The position numbers and the translations under genes are program-made. Below, in pieces: positions 1 through 13,707 of a DNA stretch of 64,000 nt. The stretch covers positions 11,546,830 to 11,610,829 of the forward strand of contig OZ316896.1 of assembly GCA_973895155.1 (NCBI GenBank), written 5' to 3'. The notes below the pieces were generated by a model that searched no databases, was not told the DNA's origin, and was given only the letters and a program-made list of their open reading frames with translations. How positions within the stretch are numbered: position 1 is the stretch's first letter; the number at the start of each line of letters is the position of its first letter. The DNA comes from Marsupella aquatica. Lineage: Eukaryota; Plantae; Marchantiophyta.

Positions 1-2951
1 TGGACCCTATGCCGAAAGAAAAACCAAACCTCGGTACTTTAGCTGTTTCGCACGGACCTTTTTCTAACTAGTTTCTCCAGCTTGGTAGTTGCATCCTTTG
101 CATTATGGCAATTGTACTTTAGTGATTCATTATGGTAGGAACTCCCAAACAAGCTCATCGAAACGGGACTTCATCTTAGAACAGCAAGACTCCATCTTCT
201 ACGGGGAACATATTTTAGGTTCCCACTTAGTCTTCGATGGCCTACAAATAGTCTGTGATTTGGCATCAATTCTTGGCCAAATCACCCACTCTTTGTTGTT
301 AGCGCAAAGAAGTAGGACGTAGTGTAGTGGTAAGGAGGCTGGCAAATTGTCCTCAGGGGAATTCTCTCTCCTCCCTACTGTGAATTTTGAAGGTGGAATT
401 CTAAAGGTATCCTTGACCTGTGAACCACAATGTTCAATCCGACCAACAGGTCGATTAGTCATCTTGCTTTCCCCGAGATTTGTGTGAGCCATGCATGCGG
501 TGGCGATATAGATCGACAGTATGAGATCTGAATGACAATGGGCCGGTCTGCTCCGATTCTCATGCGGCACCCTGCCCACGGTAACGAATAGGTACTCCAT
601 CAACAAAACAGAGGCAGACTCTTGACGACACATTGCGCTTCAGCTGATTTCTGCTTAATTCAGTTCTTCGAGGCCCAGTCGACAAATGGTAGTTGTTTTC
701 ATTCTTCCACTATATTTGGGGCCTGGTTGATTCTTTGATTAGTAGGAGACGATGTCGTTCGAAGCAGCCGGGCCCGAGCATTTTGACCGGGTAGTGAAGA
801 GTATCACACATGTCGAAGTCCTTGCAGGCACCCTCACGGAAGTGATGGAGCAGCGCCTTCTGGCGATTGAGCATTGCTTCAGTGGAATCTTTGGAGGGTT
901 GAACGGGCTTCAGCAGAATGTCGAAGACGTTAAAGCAAATGTCCACGAAGCCGCCAAGGAATGTACGAATGCTTCAAATTGCAATCATTCGTCAATGAGT
1001 CGTTGTTTGGATTGAACGAAGGAAGCCGTAGTTTCGAACTAGGAATAATGTTCTATATGTCAAAAAGAGTCTAAAGCCGACAATAAAGGGAGGAGCAGAA
1101 CAGAAAAGACCTTGTGAATTAATTTTACGACGTTTCAGCAAGAACAGTACAATCTTCTGTCTGCTTTTTCTCTGACAATACGCCGAAAGCATCATACCCG
1201 CTACCCAATGTTTCACAATCACTGACAGCCGAATCGTCAAAAGTCAAATTGCAGACCTTCATTGCCGCAGGTAATGGATCCGATGGCGACATGATTAATT
1301 ACGAGACTGCATGTGCAGATAAGATGTAATTTTAAGTGCAAGTAAATCGGCTCATGTGATTGACACTTACCTGGACAATGCACCAGGTAGAGTCGGTGAA
1401 AAGAAGCGAAAAAGGCTTTCAGTCCTCAAAAGCAACGAAGGAGGCTGTTAGCCACGAAACAGGAAAGCTCACTATGGATGAGCGATCCGTCGGGTATTGG
1501 ACTTGAGAGCGAAGAAATGGAATCACATGAATCACATGCAGTGTGCAGTTCGAGCCCGCTTTCAAACATTCCAGAGCCCAAAGATTGATGGAGAACTCAA
1601 GGTCTAGGGGTAAGGGTTTAGTTTGGAAGTCATTATTTATGGGCGAGGTTTTCAATTGTTCAGTGCCATGGAACTCATTTCTTTCCCACCTGAAGCGCAT
1701 GTTATTCCGAACACAGCTGAATTGGAGTTGCCTATTGTGCTGATCATAAGGAGGCCATCCATGTAACGCATTTGCGAGCATCAAGAGCGAAAGAGATACG
1801 AAGAGCATTTGTTTATTATGCACTCGGGGGCAAATCTCCGACCGCCTCGCAATTCTATTACTGCAATTACCATTAATGGGAAGCCAGCAGCTCACTTCCA
1901 TTAAGAATTATGTGGGAAGCTTCTGCGAGAGCTTGGCCTGTTCATCAGTGACAGATGAACCTGGAAAGCTGCTTGCGGGGGCAGGGGACGTCTAGGACCT
2001 CAGCGGTCCAACAAACCGACTCCCATGCTCGAGATAGACTTAACCGAGGTTTCCTGGCGAGGGGTTCCGTTTGCTCAATTGCGGACCAAGCCTAAGTGTA
2101 AATTTTTAGTAAGAAATGACAAGCTATTATCAGACAGTCACGTAAGAAAATACAACCGAATATAGTCCCACAAATGACGCCAGAAAGTCTGTCAGGGCTC
2201 AGCTTTCCTGGGGAGGATGGATTCAATCAGAATACTCAAATTTTCATCAAACTCACATACAGAGACTGCATAAGAGACCAACCATGAATATTGTTATGGT
2301 TGAGTATGAAAGAATGGGGTGTGCAGTACAAAAGATGGGTACATGGTAATATGCATGGCAGCACATGAATAATGGCATGCTTGCGCTTCAGGACTCGAAA
2401 GAGCGGATGTCCAGTTCTCTTAGCTGATATTTCTCTTCAAGGCGCAGATTTTCCACGCAACGAATAATCTATTCACTCTACCATTCTAAATATACAAAGC
2501 GTCCAGTGAAATTTTGGCCGTCTGTCCAACCTTCAATCCCTGTTCTACAATTGTGCATTGCCAAACGAAACAAATCATGTTACAATCCTTACATACAAAG
2601 GAGATGATGCTCTGCTTGCAAACAAAACAGTCCTGTGATGTCCCCCAGTTATTCCGTGTGAACGGTAGGACTCTTTGAGCACTTATCATACTGATGTAAG
2701 AGAATAAGTTTGTTCTCAGGATGGCAAAGCCCTGTGAGAGCACAAACCAGACACCAACGTGAGTAAAAGGTATACATGACTGACTCTGAAGTTCTGCACA
2801 TAGCTTCATTCATCATTGCTTTCAGGTATTCTTAGAAGTCATGTGCTTAGTCATCCATGTCTTTGGGTAGATATATGATAAGGAAGCTGCCCCGAGTTCT
2901 TGAAGAAGTGCACAAGACAAGCGGTTCTGTTATGTACTAGCAGGTCTGGAC

Positions 2952-5451
2952 TCATCGTTCGTATGTTAAGCGTCTGGAAAAGAGAACGACCTGGAATTCT
3001 TGATCTTCAACTAGGCTGGACATCCCTGGATGGAGGAAGCAGACACAACGAGAGGAGTTTGGAATTTGTAACAATCTCAAAGAAGTACAACATACTAACC
3101 AGAGCAAGTGGGTATGTCCCACACAGCTACAGAGTCCACCTGGCACTCAGATTCGCAAAGCTTACGATCATCTTCATAATGGGCATTGAAGGCCAACATC
3201 CACGAGCCTACTGTCACATCCTCATTACTGAACATCCTTAAACTGGACACACTGTTACGTGTTAGGAGAGTCAGTACCCTGTTTGATAACCTCCCCTTCA
3301 TGCCAAATAGGTGTTGAACAAATTGGAGCTTCTGCGATCGGAAATTAAATAAAGGCACATTGGAACGGAGGGTTCGGGTATAATTACTCACCTATCGTTG
3401 CTAAAATTTGATATGTCTGCCACGATATCCTGAGATAGCGCATAGATCGGACCCCAAGCATGCATAAAATACTCGCTGCCCAGTAACCATCCCAAGGGTT
3501 CGTACCTGCGACAGTCCAGAAACATTTGAAGCAGGTCTTGAGAAGACTGATCCATCCATTGTCTACAACGATAGGAGGCATGATATACTCCCAAAAAGAA
3601 GCTAAGAGAATGGAAACACGAGCGGTCGCATGGCATTGGCTTCAAAAAAACTGATGCCTTCACTGCTATGCAAGAATTGTCCCTCTACTAGCCTCGTGTA
3701 ATCGGCAAAAACATTGACGTATGCTGTCAGAAGAGCTAGTGATACAAAGAGTATTTATGAGCCAATTTCCCATCTCCAATTACAAACCCGGCACCTCTTT
3801 TCTGCCCAAATCAAAAGAATGTAGTATCTAGTACATAAAGAGATGGGCTGGAAAGTTCATTACCACTTATATTGAGCATCTGTGATAACACCCCCTCTCT
3901 TCATGCACCCCAGATACATCCGAGGAATGTCCCGCTTCTGCTTCAACAGAAGTGACAACCGATCTAAAATACGCAGACGCCAGATATATTAGATCCCAAT
4001 TCATGAGACAACATATATTTCAAGCACCTCCAAACCAATTCACAAACCACAAAAACGGGGCTAGATCTACTTTTGAGGCATCAACGAACCAGCTCACCTG
4101 GACGCAAATAGATGTCGTCGTCAATCTTAACATAGAATTCGGCATCGTAAAGCATGTGGGCAGACTTAAAATAAGTTAGCCTGCAAAACATACCGTACAG
4201 ATTCAAAACATTTGGCTACGAGGCGCCTAATCCCAAAATTCCCTACCAAAGCTTAAGACCGCTCGGACGTTAACAAATAGATTTGAGGACCTGATATCAT
4301 TAACAATCAATTCCTAATAGGTATGCGAGGGAATAAAACGAACGAGGCTCTTCACCACTTGGTTCTAATGGAGCATGCCTGAGCGTAAGAAGTTTTGCAA
4401 AAATAGTGTGTGACAAAGGATGGGGAGCAATACGTTTTACGTGGCAAATTTGCATATTCTTCTACATTATCAATTCGCAGAAAGTCCTTATACGTTTCGA
4501 TCTCTTTCTGTAGCTCTGCTGCCGCCTTCGTATCTGATGTGGTACCAATAACAAATCTGAACACCAATCCAGTTTCCTTTTCCAATCTGCAGCAGGACGC
4601 CACGAATTCGGTTTGCTTAGAAGGCGTCAACGTCAATGTCACATTGAGATCTGACAACTGGCACAGTCTCGACCTCGTAATACAGGAACAAGGCTCAAGA
4701 CCGGCCTCGTTGAAAACAACAGTGAAATAGTTATATTGAATCGAATTGAATTGAATTGAGTTCAATTCAATTCAAATCAATTCAGATCAAATTAATCGCA
4801 GTCTGGCAAGATAGGAGCGGTGCCTTTAATCCAAGCAATCCTCCCGCGGAGGAGAAGACCAGGAAGGGGGTTCTGCTCTATGGAACGACAGCCTGCGCTG
4901 AAGAAAATAGATTCAAGACACCGGTCCCCTAGTAAAGTTAAGCAGCCATACCTGTTAATCCCTTCCGGCGTTGATGGGAGCCATGTTTCCCGGAGAGCTT
5001 TACGACGCTCGGCAGATGCAAAACCCGTCTGGATTCCTACAAAACCCAGTACCTTCGGCCTTGATTCCCCCTCCTTCTGCATGTCAACATCCCAACCATC
5101 CTGGATGACGCCCCGGCTGTTGACCTCATTCCGCGACAATTGACCATTGTATACAGTCTCCTCCTCTGCATCTGTTTCCTTTCCCACAACCTGCTTACGC
5201 CCGGGCAAGACAACGAGCGAGCGTAACGTATCTTCTGCTGCTCCACAGCCGACTTGACGCAGAAGAGGGTCTCGACGAGGAGCGCCGAACTGACTCCTCG
5301 ACAACAGCACGACAGCAAAGAGCAAGATCGCGATCACGCCGTACAAGAAATGGATCCAAGTTCGAGAGGAGCATGGTGCCTGGCGCGAATGCCCTCCTCT
5401 GTCTCCTCGGAACAAAGGCAACTTGCGACCTAGTGTTGGGGATGATGGCAT
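2952..5451 (-). CDS. GT31 family beta-1,3-galactosyltransferase (B3GALT12/13/14-like), multi-exon; last exon uncertain
   Basis: Exons 5451-4952, 4586-4434, 4180-4098, 3963-3864, 3505-3392 and 3242-3100 join in frame with GT-AG boundaries. The protein has an N-terminal TM helix and the motifs [43 protein letters not shown] (DxD), [35 protein letters not shown] and [11 protein letters not shown]. The terminal exon is tentatively 3025-2952, which lacks family-like sequence. Confidence 0.9.
4733..4792. repeat. (GAATT)n/(AATTC)n head-to-head microsatellite in intron 1 of the GT31 gene
   Basis: ttgaatcgaattgaattgaattgagttcaattcaattcaaatcaattc; the two halves are inverted relative to each other. 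Confidence 0.7.
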
Positions 5452-5701
5452 CCCAACCCCTGCCCCCGCCTCCGCACGAAATGTTTCTTTCTATCTCTCT
5501 CTCTCTCTGGCTGTCTCTCTGTTTTTCCCTTCCTCCTTTCAACTCCCAGCAGCTGTAGTCCGCCACTCCGCCAGTCTTCTTCAGACAGACGCCGTCGTCG
5601 ACGATGAACGTATCTCCCGTCACTCATCCGCTGCTGCTTCTTTCGATCGTCCCGCCCGCCGCTGCCTTTTCCACACCAGACCGTCGTCGTGCGCTTCTGT
5701 C

Positions 5702-5745
5702 TCAATCAAATCAATCAATCAATCAATCAATCTCTCCATCAATCA
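5702..5745. repeat. (AATC)n microsatellite near the GT31 5' end
   Basis: tcaatcaaatcaatcaatcaatcaatcaatc. Confidence 0.7.
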
Positions 5746-6210
5746 GCCAATAGACCTCAATTGGCCCCAATAAATCGACCGAGGCAGCACATCAACTGAC
5801 TTCCCGCTGTAGAGGAAAAGCGCATCAGAACCGCAATCGAGCGACCGAAGACCGGCGACTTTCAACCTTCCCCAAATCCGATTCCAAACACTACTCCGCA
5901 CCCTCTCGTGGCTGTCGATTGATTGAAATTCCGCCGGCCTCATGATCCGTCTGTGCGGTAAAGGTCGATTGTTTAGTGTTGAGCAACCCTCGTTGTCGCG
6001 ATCTTACTCCTCGAATGCAACGGCCGCATAAATATCGGGCAACCATGTTGTCTGTCAGTCGGTGTTTCCTCGATACACAGGATTCAAGCACATTCATGAT
6101 TGACACTGCCGCGCAATCTGGCGTCGACAGAACTGTACTGCATTCAAAAACTCCTGTGTGTGGTTATGGTGTCCTCTTTTAGGCCCCCCCTTTTTGTCTG
6201 TATTCAAAAA

Positions 6211-6459
6211 GTAATGTGGGATGATGTCCCTCTTTTGGGCATTGAATGGAATTCATTTGGGCCCCCCTTTTTGTATGTTGGGTAATGTGTGATGATGTCA
6301 CTCTTTTGGGCATTGAATGTAGTTCATTTGGGCCCCCCTTTTTCTATGTTGGCTAATTGGAATTCATTTGGGTCTCCCTTTTTCTATGTTGGCTAATTGA
6401 ATGGAATTCATTTGGGTCCCTTTTTTTCTATGTTGACTAATTGAATGGAATTCATTTGG
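6211..6459. repeat. Degenerate minisatellite, core attgaatggaattcatttgggc..ttttctatgttgg
   Basis: About 5 copies of the gaattcatttgg core at roughly 35-70 bp spacing. An adjacent ~70 bp duplication lies at 6497-6630. Confidence 0.8.
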
Positions 6460-6984
6460 TTGTTTAGAGGCCCCCCAAAAAAACTACACAGATTACAGGA
6501 GTCTTGCATCAAACCATTTTTCCCTTTTTGGAGGGTCTGGTTCATTTTTAATGAGGAGTTTACAAAAGTCTTGCATCAAACCAATTTTCCCTTATTGGAG
6601 GGTGTCATTCATTTTCCATGAGGAGTTTTGCAGTGTTTTTTTGTTTTACCTTCAAAACCCAAAGGAGACCCCTCCAACAAAGTATAGACGTTCAGCTCCA
6701 GAGCATGCAGTTTTATGTAGGGTAGCCACAAGGGGACAATACCCAGGGATTGAATAGGGAACCTGGACAAGGAGTGAGAGAGTGTTAAACCAGGGCCCCA
6801 AAGCACGCCAGCTAGGGCTGAGGAGAAACCAATACTCCCACCACTACACCCCACCCACACAAACCTTTCACATGTAAAGTTTTGTACTGTTTTAGTAGAG
6901 GGACAAGGAGCATTTTACTGGTGAGGGCCAAACAATAGAGTAAAAGAAAAAGAGGTTCAGAGAGGGCAAACACCAAAGTCAAAA

Positions 6985-7230
6985 GAAGAGGGCAGATGCA
7001 AAACCCCAAAAGCCTAGAACAGGGGAAAATAAGATATAAAGATCTACCAGGGCAAATGCAAACCCCAAAAATCCAGAAAGAAGGAAAAAATTAGAGATGA
7101 AAGTCTACAACCCCAAAACTCAAACACCAAACTCAAAGGAAGAGGGCAAATGCAAACCCCAAAAACCTAGAATAGAGAAAAGTAAGAGATATAGATCTAC
7201 TAAGGCAAATGCAAACCCCAAAAACCCAGA
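6985..7230. repeat. Degenerate tandem repeat, core gggcaaatgcaaaccccaaaa (4 copies)
   Basis: Core visible at ~6990, 7050, 7144 and 7204. Confidence 0.75.
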
Positions 7231-7729
7231 ACTAAGAAAAACAACACTCCCTGTAAATACAGGTGGAGACTCCCCCAGTTGTCCTTGTTCTTGGCACTTA
7301 GGTTTCTTCTCCCCTTGATGGCGCATGGTCCTGTTTGTGCAGGTTGTTGGTACCCCTTTTTCATTGACTCCCCTTTGTACCCTTAGTTCCTTTCTTGCAA
7401 TATATGAACTAAAAGTCATTTAAGGCAAAACAAGAAGCTCTGGTATCCTTGCGCCACAAGAGGGAGTTGCCAGTTGATTTGAAAATGAGAGGGTAAGAGA
7501 AAAGGAAAGAGGTAATCCCCCCAGTTGGGTGGCATCCAGAGCAAATGATTGGGTGTAGGTTAACCAATGGGGTGGAGGGGATCATGGGGCATAATCCCCA
7601 AGGGCGGGAAGCCCAAGGTGTCCCTCACAGCCCATGACTCCCAAACAGGCCATGAATTAGTGAGCATTAGCCTTCCCTGTAAGTTTAAGTCTATGGACTA
7701 TGTTTGATAATAGTTGTGGCCTTTCATGT

Positions 7730-8225
7730 CTCCTTTTGACATTTTTTCTCAGCTTGACATATTTTTTAATTTTCACATATTTATCTCTCCGCAACATCTT
7801 AAGTTTCTTTGCCTTGCCATCTTTTTCTCATCTCACCATGATCTTTTCTCACATTGAAATCTTTATCTTACCATGACATTTTATTCTCACCCTCAATATT
7901 TTTCTCTCACCCTCAATATTTTTTCTCTCCTCTACAATTTTTGTCACCTTGACATATTATCTTTTTCTCATCTTACCATCTTTTTTTTTCACTATGACAT
8001 GTTTGTCTCACCACAACATCATTCCCTCAACCTCAATATCTTTTATCTCATCAACTTCTTTTCTTCATGTTTATATGTTTTTCTCACTTCACCATCTTTT
8101 CCCTCCTCGGCATTTTTTCTCACTTTACCTCTTTTCTTCACCTTGGCATGTTTTTCTCTCATTGACATCTTTTTTCATCTCGAATCTTTTTCTCACTTGG
8201 ATATCTTTTTTCACCTCAACATTTT
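7730..8225. repeat. Low-complexity T/C-rich degenerate short-unit repeat (ttttctcacc..gacat)
   Basis: Many imperfect ~20 bp units. These explain the spurious F/S/L-rich ORFs 7873-8262 and 7949-8506. Confidence 0.7.
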
Positions 8226-10342
8226 TTGTGCAACCCACAGTTATTGGTCTAGTATGTCATAATGTAGTATACATGGTCAGAGATATACGTACTTTCATAA
8301 ATTGCTGGCTGGTGCAAGGGCAAGAAGATCATACTTTGCCTCAGACTCTAGCAGTCCTATCTCTGCACAAAGCCAGAGCATGTATGGCCTGTTTGTGGCA
8401 GACAAACTGCATGTCCTTACTGGGTATACCACATTCAACCTGCAAGGGGCAATTGTCAGTGACCTCCCTAATTGCACAGACTAACAGCTGCATTGACTAC
8501 CCTTGATATTGGGGTTTGCCTAGAATGCTTACCAACGGTCCTGAGTGGGGGCCATTATGCATATATGACCTCCTAGCATACAGAAATCGACCAATGTCTA
8601 CTTGCATATCCAATAATGGTCCACCATCATGGACCATTAGCGCATAATTGAGGGATAGCCAAGGACATAAAAAGGTTTTATTGTCACTCAGGACAAAAAC
8701 CTTTGGGGTTATCTATAAATGTGCCCGAACCATACAATTTTGCTTATAGTCAAAGCACTATTAGTGAACATTGCCCTAAGCTGGATCTATTGGACATACC
8801 ATCCATATGGGACATGTAGGACATGTATTTAGGTAAAAGCATTTTATGTCCTTAGCTTTAACTCAGTTACACCCTTTAACTCAGTTACACCCTGCTTTGA
8901 CACACCTATTACTATTTGCAAAAAAGGCACTATTTTTTAAAAAGGAATGTCCATAGAGCCGTGCACTTCACCTGGATTCAGTGAACTCCAAAACCAAGGC
9001 AAGGCATGTCCAAGGCAAGGTATGTCCATAGAGCTGCGCACTTCACCTGAACTCAAAGAACTCCATTTGCTTGATCAACCCCCAAAATGAAAGTTGTTAC
9101 TTGATAGACCTCTTGAGGTCTATCAACCGTCCAAATCTGAGATCGAAAGGTTCATCAACTGTCCAGATTGGAGTAAAGTATCGAGGGGGTTGATTAAGCA
9201 AATTTTTTCCAAGAAGAGGGTCTACTAAGCATATATCTCAACAAAAGAATGCAGACCAACTGCACAACAAAACTGATGTATTCAAAACACATGCACGACG
9301 AAAATCAACTAAACCCTGGACACAATACACACAAGCTGCTAGCACGATGCTCCACGAGACAGCTATGAACTTTTGAAACGGACTGTACGCGAAATTATCA
9401 TCCCATAATGGATTGGTCAGCGGTGTACCTATTAGATTTGTACGTCCAGATAATGCGCGCACTGATTGAACAATCTGTTCAGCTTCTGGAATGATTATCG
9501 GATCTGATTTCACCCTGGCTCTCTAGCCATAGAAAGTTGTGTAGAAGGAATTGACTTCTCTGCTTGTATATCTACACGCAATCCCCAGGCCGCTGTTTGC
9601 TCGATCGACAGAGAGATATACGTGGGTATGGAGCTCGAGAGATGTCGGTTCCCTATATGTCTTGGAAGTATCCTGCTGCGGAAGGCAGAATTGTCTCTCA
9701 TCCCCCCTCATGGTCTCTTTAGCGCCAAGAATAAAGTAAACTCGGATCCATATGGAAACATTCGTCTGGTTCTGCAAACAGTAGTCGGGCTAGGAATTGA
9801 TGGACATCATAGTAAGATTTGGTATACAGTTGTCGAGTGATTCGATCACCATGATCGACAGTTATCATCCTATGGATGATCCGCCCATGCCTGACTTCCA
9901 AATTATGGGTTCGAGAAATGGAGTCGAGCTGAGTGACGATCATATTCTTAGTCCAGTCTTGAATGGTACTCTCGATCAGTCGGTAGACTACTCCTCTGTC
10001 GACTTGAACGTAGCTGACTTAACCGAAGCCAGAAGTCCTCTTGTCAATGATCGGATGTGCACCTGCTTCATTAACATTCCGGACGGAAGATGAGATGCGC
10101 GGCTACAAAAGGAGAACACCTCAACAGCCCCGGTCGACATCCTTTAGCGACAGTAGACTTATGGGATGGCAATTCTCAAGGCTGAAATTCGATTTCAAAA
10201 TGTCTGCGTCCCTAGTCGAGGGTGGCATGCATCCAGAAACAACGGGGACTATGGAGGTGATTTCGCCTTTAGCACGCTCCCATCTTGCTGGATGAACTCG
10301 GAAGGCAAAGACTAATGTAGTGATGAGGAATGAAAGTACTAA

Positions 10343-12199
10343 TTACGTAATCGTTTTCCTGGACCTCTCCCAAATTTCATTCGTGCGGGTCAATTGCTTC
10401 TGAGCATCCCGAGTGACTTTCTTCTTCGCCAAGAGATCGGAGATTTGCCAAGAAGCATCACCTTGAACGAGAGGGTGCGTATAGAGAAGAGCACGGCGAT
10501 TTTCTTCTTTCCAAAGGTTCTCCTGGATGGCAGTAAGATTCGTGGCCTCGACGTGACGAAGAATGTGATCGAGCTTATCAACGTCTTTCTCGTTGACGGA
10601 TATGGAGACGCTAGGCCAATTGATCACGTGAGAGTAAGGCAAGGCAATGTTGTCGGCAATGATCACAGGCACGCAGCCGTACACAACAGATTCCACTATC
10701 CTTGGACTCCAAGGAGCCCAGCCCAAGGGCGCCAGACAGAATTTCGAATGAAGCATTTCTGACTGGTAGCCCTCAAGTCTCTTACGCCTCACAAAAAAAC
10801 GCCGGTTCTTTTTGAATTTCTGCCACATGACACTCCGGACACCATTGCTGTAGAACTGGCCGCTAACGTTCTTAGAATGTAGTTCCAACTTTCCTCGAAA
10901 ATGAGCGAAGATGCTTCGCTCTTGCTGCTCCACGGGGGCCCAGTGTTTTTGCACCGACTGCGGTGAAATGTAAGGAGGGATAACAATGCTTTCCGCCTGT
11001 TGGCAAGGATGGCGCCCATCCTTCTGGCCGAACGTTTGCAAGATGATAGATTTCTGCAAGAATTCTGGTATGCCCCTGGCTCTGGCGAGGACATCCATCG
11101 CCTGAAAACATGCCCCGTAGTCATGAGTTGCCACAAAGATGTGGTCGCTTCCTCCACTTTTATTCCAGTAAATCATCTGCCGAGAAATCAAGTCCACGGC
11201 GTCGCCGATCAAGGTTGTAGCATTCGCCAGCGAGGGAAACCCGTTCTTGGGGTTGAAGTTGCAGGACACGTAAACCGGTACGAAGAAGAAATCTGCGGTA
11301 TCAGGATCCGTAGTTCTCAAGGGACTTTCAAGAAGAATTTGATGCAGAGCTACCTCGGCTGCGAACAGGTGGCTGGAGCAGCGGGTAACGTTTAGCCAAT
11401 CACTGTTGTATTCGGGTGGGAGCTCATAGACAAATATTCTGATTCCAGCGACCAAGGCAAGCAGTTTTGACTTGTCTGCATTAATAGAGGTTGAGCACCA
11501 TCGTTAGAATTTGACAAGCGACTTTCAAATTCGACCTATGAAAAGGCCTACTTGGAGAAATTTTCCTGGCAACCGAAATGCCTGCGGGAATGCTTGGCAT
11601 GTAATGAACGTAGACGAATTCATTCACTGCCATGTACGACATGTGCCTTCTTCAGATTAATGTCTGCTCGCAATTTCGCAAGTTGCAATTAACTACAGTA
11701 CGTCTGTATAGCTAGACGAAAGACAGACTACGATCGATGAGTTGAAATATCCGGAACTCAATTTCTGTATCAGAGCGTACATACCAGAATGAATGAGCTC
11801 ATGGTCGGTATTTTCCGGTTTGTATTCACTTCGAACATGCTTCAAGTGCATCCCGCGTCTGGGACCCTCTACTACATCTTGCTGAAGGGCAAGATTCGTC
11901 GGCCAGGCTCCACTTAAAATTCTTCGATGCAATGCAGCCAATTTCTCCTCATGGGCGTCGACCGCAAGATCTGGATACCTTATAGACAGTGGTCGCCCTG
12001 CAGCTGCTCCAATCAAAACTGAAGGTTCATAGCGATGGGAAATAGTTGTCACGACAGCGAAGAAGACGAAGATGAAGCCACAGCACATAAACACTGAATT
12101 GTGAGATCTTTGCCATCTTGCAAATCGAACATCTGCTTTCGCTAACCAAATTGGCTCTCGTCTAGCAGCCCCCCGGCAAAGTTCCAAGCCCCTTCTCAT
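10343..12199 (-). CDS. GT47 exostosin-family glycosyltransferase, IRX7/FRA8/F8H-like, ~515 aa, 2 exons
   Basis: Exon 1 12199-11785 (TM helix; donor G|GTATGT) joins exon 2 11475-10343 in frame (acceptor TGCAG|AC). Motifs IFVYELP..YNSDWL..RCSSHLFAAEVALH, ADFFFVPVYVSCNF..NGFP, DHIFVATHDYGACF, FCLAPLGWAPWSPRIVESV.YGCVPVIIADNI.LP and GDASWQ are typical of the IRX7/F8H clade. Confidence 0.93.
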
Positions 12200-13707
12200 T
12201 TCCTACTTCATTTGCTGATCCTGTTCTGTGTCCCAGACGACTCCCGCATCTGTCAAGGAGATAGTCCGGCTCCAACAGAAGACCCAAATGTCATGACACA
12301 CGTGGTGAAAAGCTCCAAAGATCACTTTACAGACCTCTGAGATTCCACCCAAATTAATAAATCAACATTCAACGTGACACCACGCACGTCGCGTCGTGGT
12401 CTGTAGTCATTTCATCGTTGACACACCGAATTCCCCGCTTTATGATAGAACACATTTGACTGTACAATTATGTGAGTTTTTCTCAAAATCACTCAGAATC
12501 AATCACAATCACTCCGACCGTGTCCGTGATGGCTTTACTGCATTGGGGTCACGATATCGAAGAAATGGAGCTTTTCTGTTTCTGAGAAGAACGACGACAA
12601 CGGCCTCGAACTCCTCAACAATGTGGAGTCCTGATCAGAGAGAGAAGAAACTGTAATTAATTCCTCCAAGGTTCCTCCAAGGTCGTCTTGCATACGTCAC
12701 ACTTTGTAAGCTCATCAGCATTTGGTGGTACCCAACGTGGTTGAGGTAGGTAACCATGGTGTGGTTGGGGTAGGCAACCACGCATGGAAAGGCATAATTC
12801 TGGTAACATGGGATGGCCTGCCTTGCATGAGTCCTCCTTCCCATTGTACTTGGGCAGCCTGCAATACAATAGGGCATCTCAAAAGTCAGGTTTGGCAATC
12901 AAGGTCCGTCCCTATAGACAGATGTCAAAGTACATCGGTGACACTTATGGACTGCCATTTTAGGCACTCAAACACTTTGAAGGGACTACTGTACTTTTTT
13001 TGTGGGGGGTGAACTAGTTTTGAGATACTCTAATAGTTTTCCATAGAAAAGGCTGTGACATCTTGGGTGGCTAGCAACACATAGAGTTTGGTGCAAAAGG
13101 AGAGTGTGAAAACTCACCCCACTGCTCTTTTATGGTGAGTGCTCCACTTTTAATGATGAGTACACTATTCACCACAGGACAGAAATGACCAGCAGCGAGG
13201 CCAGGAATGGGGCTTTTATATGGGCAGGTGTGGTTTAAATGCATGCCAAAACACCAGGTAAGTACCATGCTTGGTACTCATCCATACCTGGCCCTAGACT
13301 TCACCTAAACCTCCACTCTCCACCAGGTTTGGGAAGGACTAATTAATGCACAGTTTTATTTTCTTGAATACATTATTGATATAGTTTAGCAGCTTGGATT
13401 CAGTAGGTTTTGCTTTCAATGGGGACAGCGGAGGTTTAATAAACACTTTGACATAGGTTTTGAGTCTGCGGGTGAGTCGTTTGGCTTTGAAACCCATTGA
13501 AAAACAGCAGCAGCCCACAGTAGCCCCTCTCCTAAACGCACTCACTCCCAAACTGTCACCCCTCATAGACCTTTGCACCTGTCTCTCCTGCACTCGCAGA
13601 CCTTCCCCCAAGATTGAGATCCATACCATGATAAACCTTTATTTTTCTTTAAATCAAGGAATGCACACTGTGTGATTACTGGCAGGGCTATCAGTAGGGT
13701 CCACAAG

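Noticed and set aside
1364-1378. acttacctggac resembles the U1 snRNA 5' end (a similar match is at ~13254-13265 on the minus strand)
   Set aside because: There is no downstream U1 sequence. It is simply the reverse complement of a consensus splice donor.
7873-8506. 129 and 185 aa hydrophobic ORFs
   Set aside because: Artefacts of T/C-rich low-complexity repeat.
12635-13330. Possible transposase remnant upstream of the GT47 gene
   Set aside because: No diagnostic motif could be identified with confidence in any frame.
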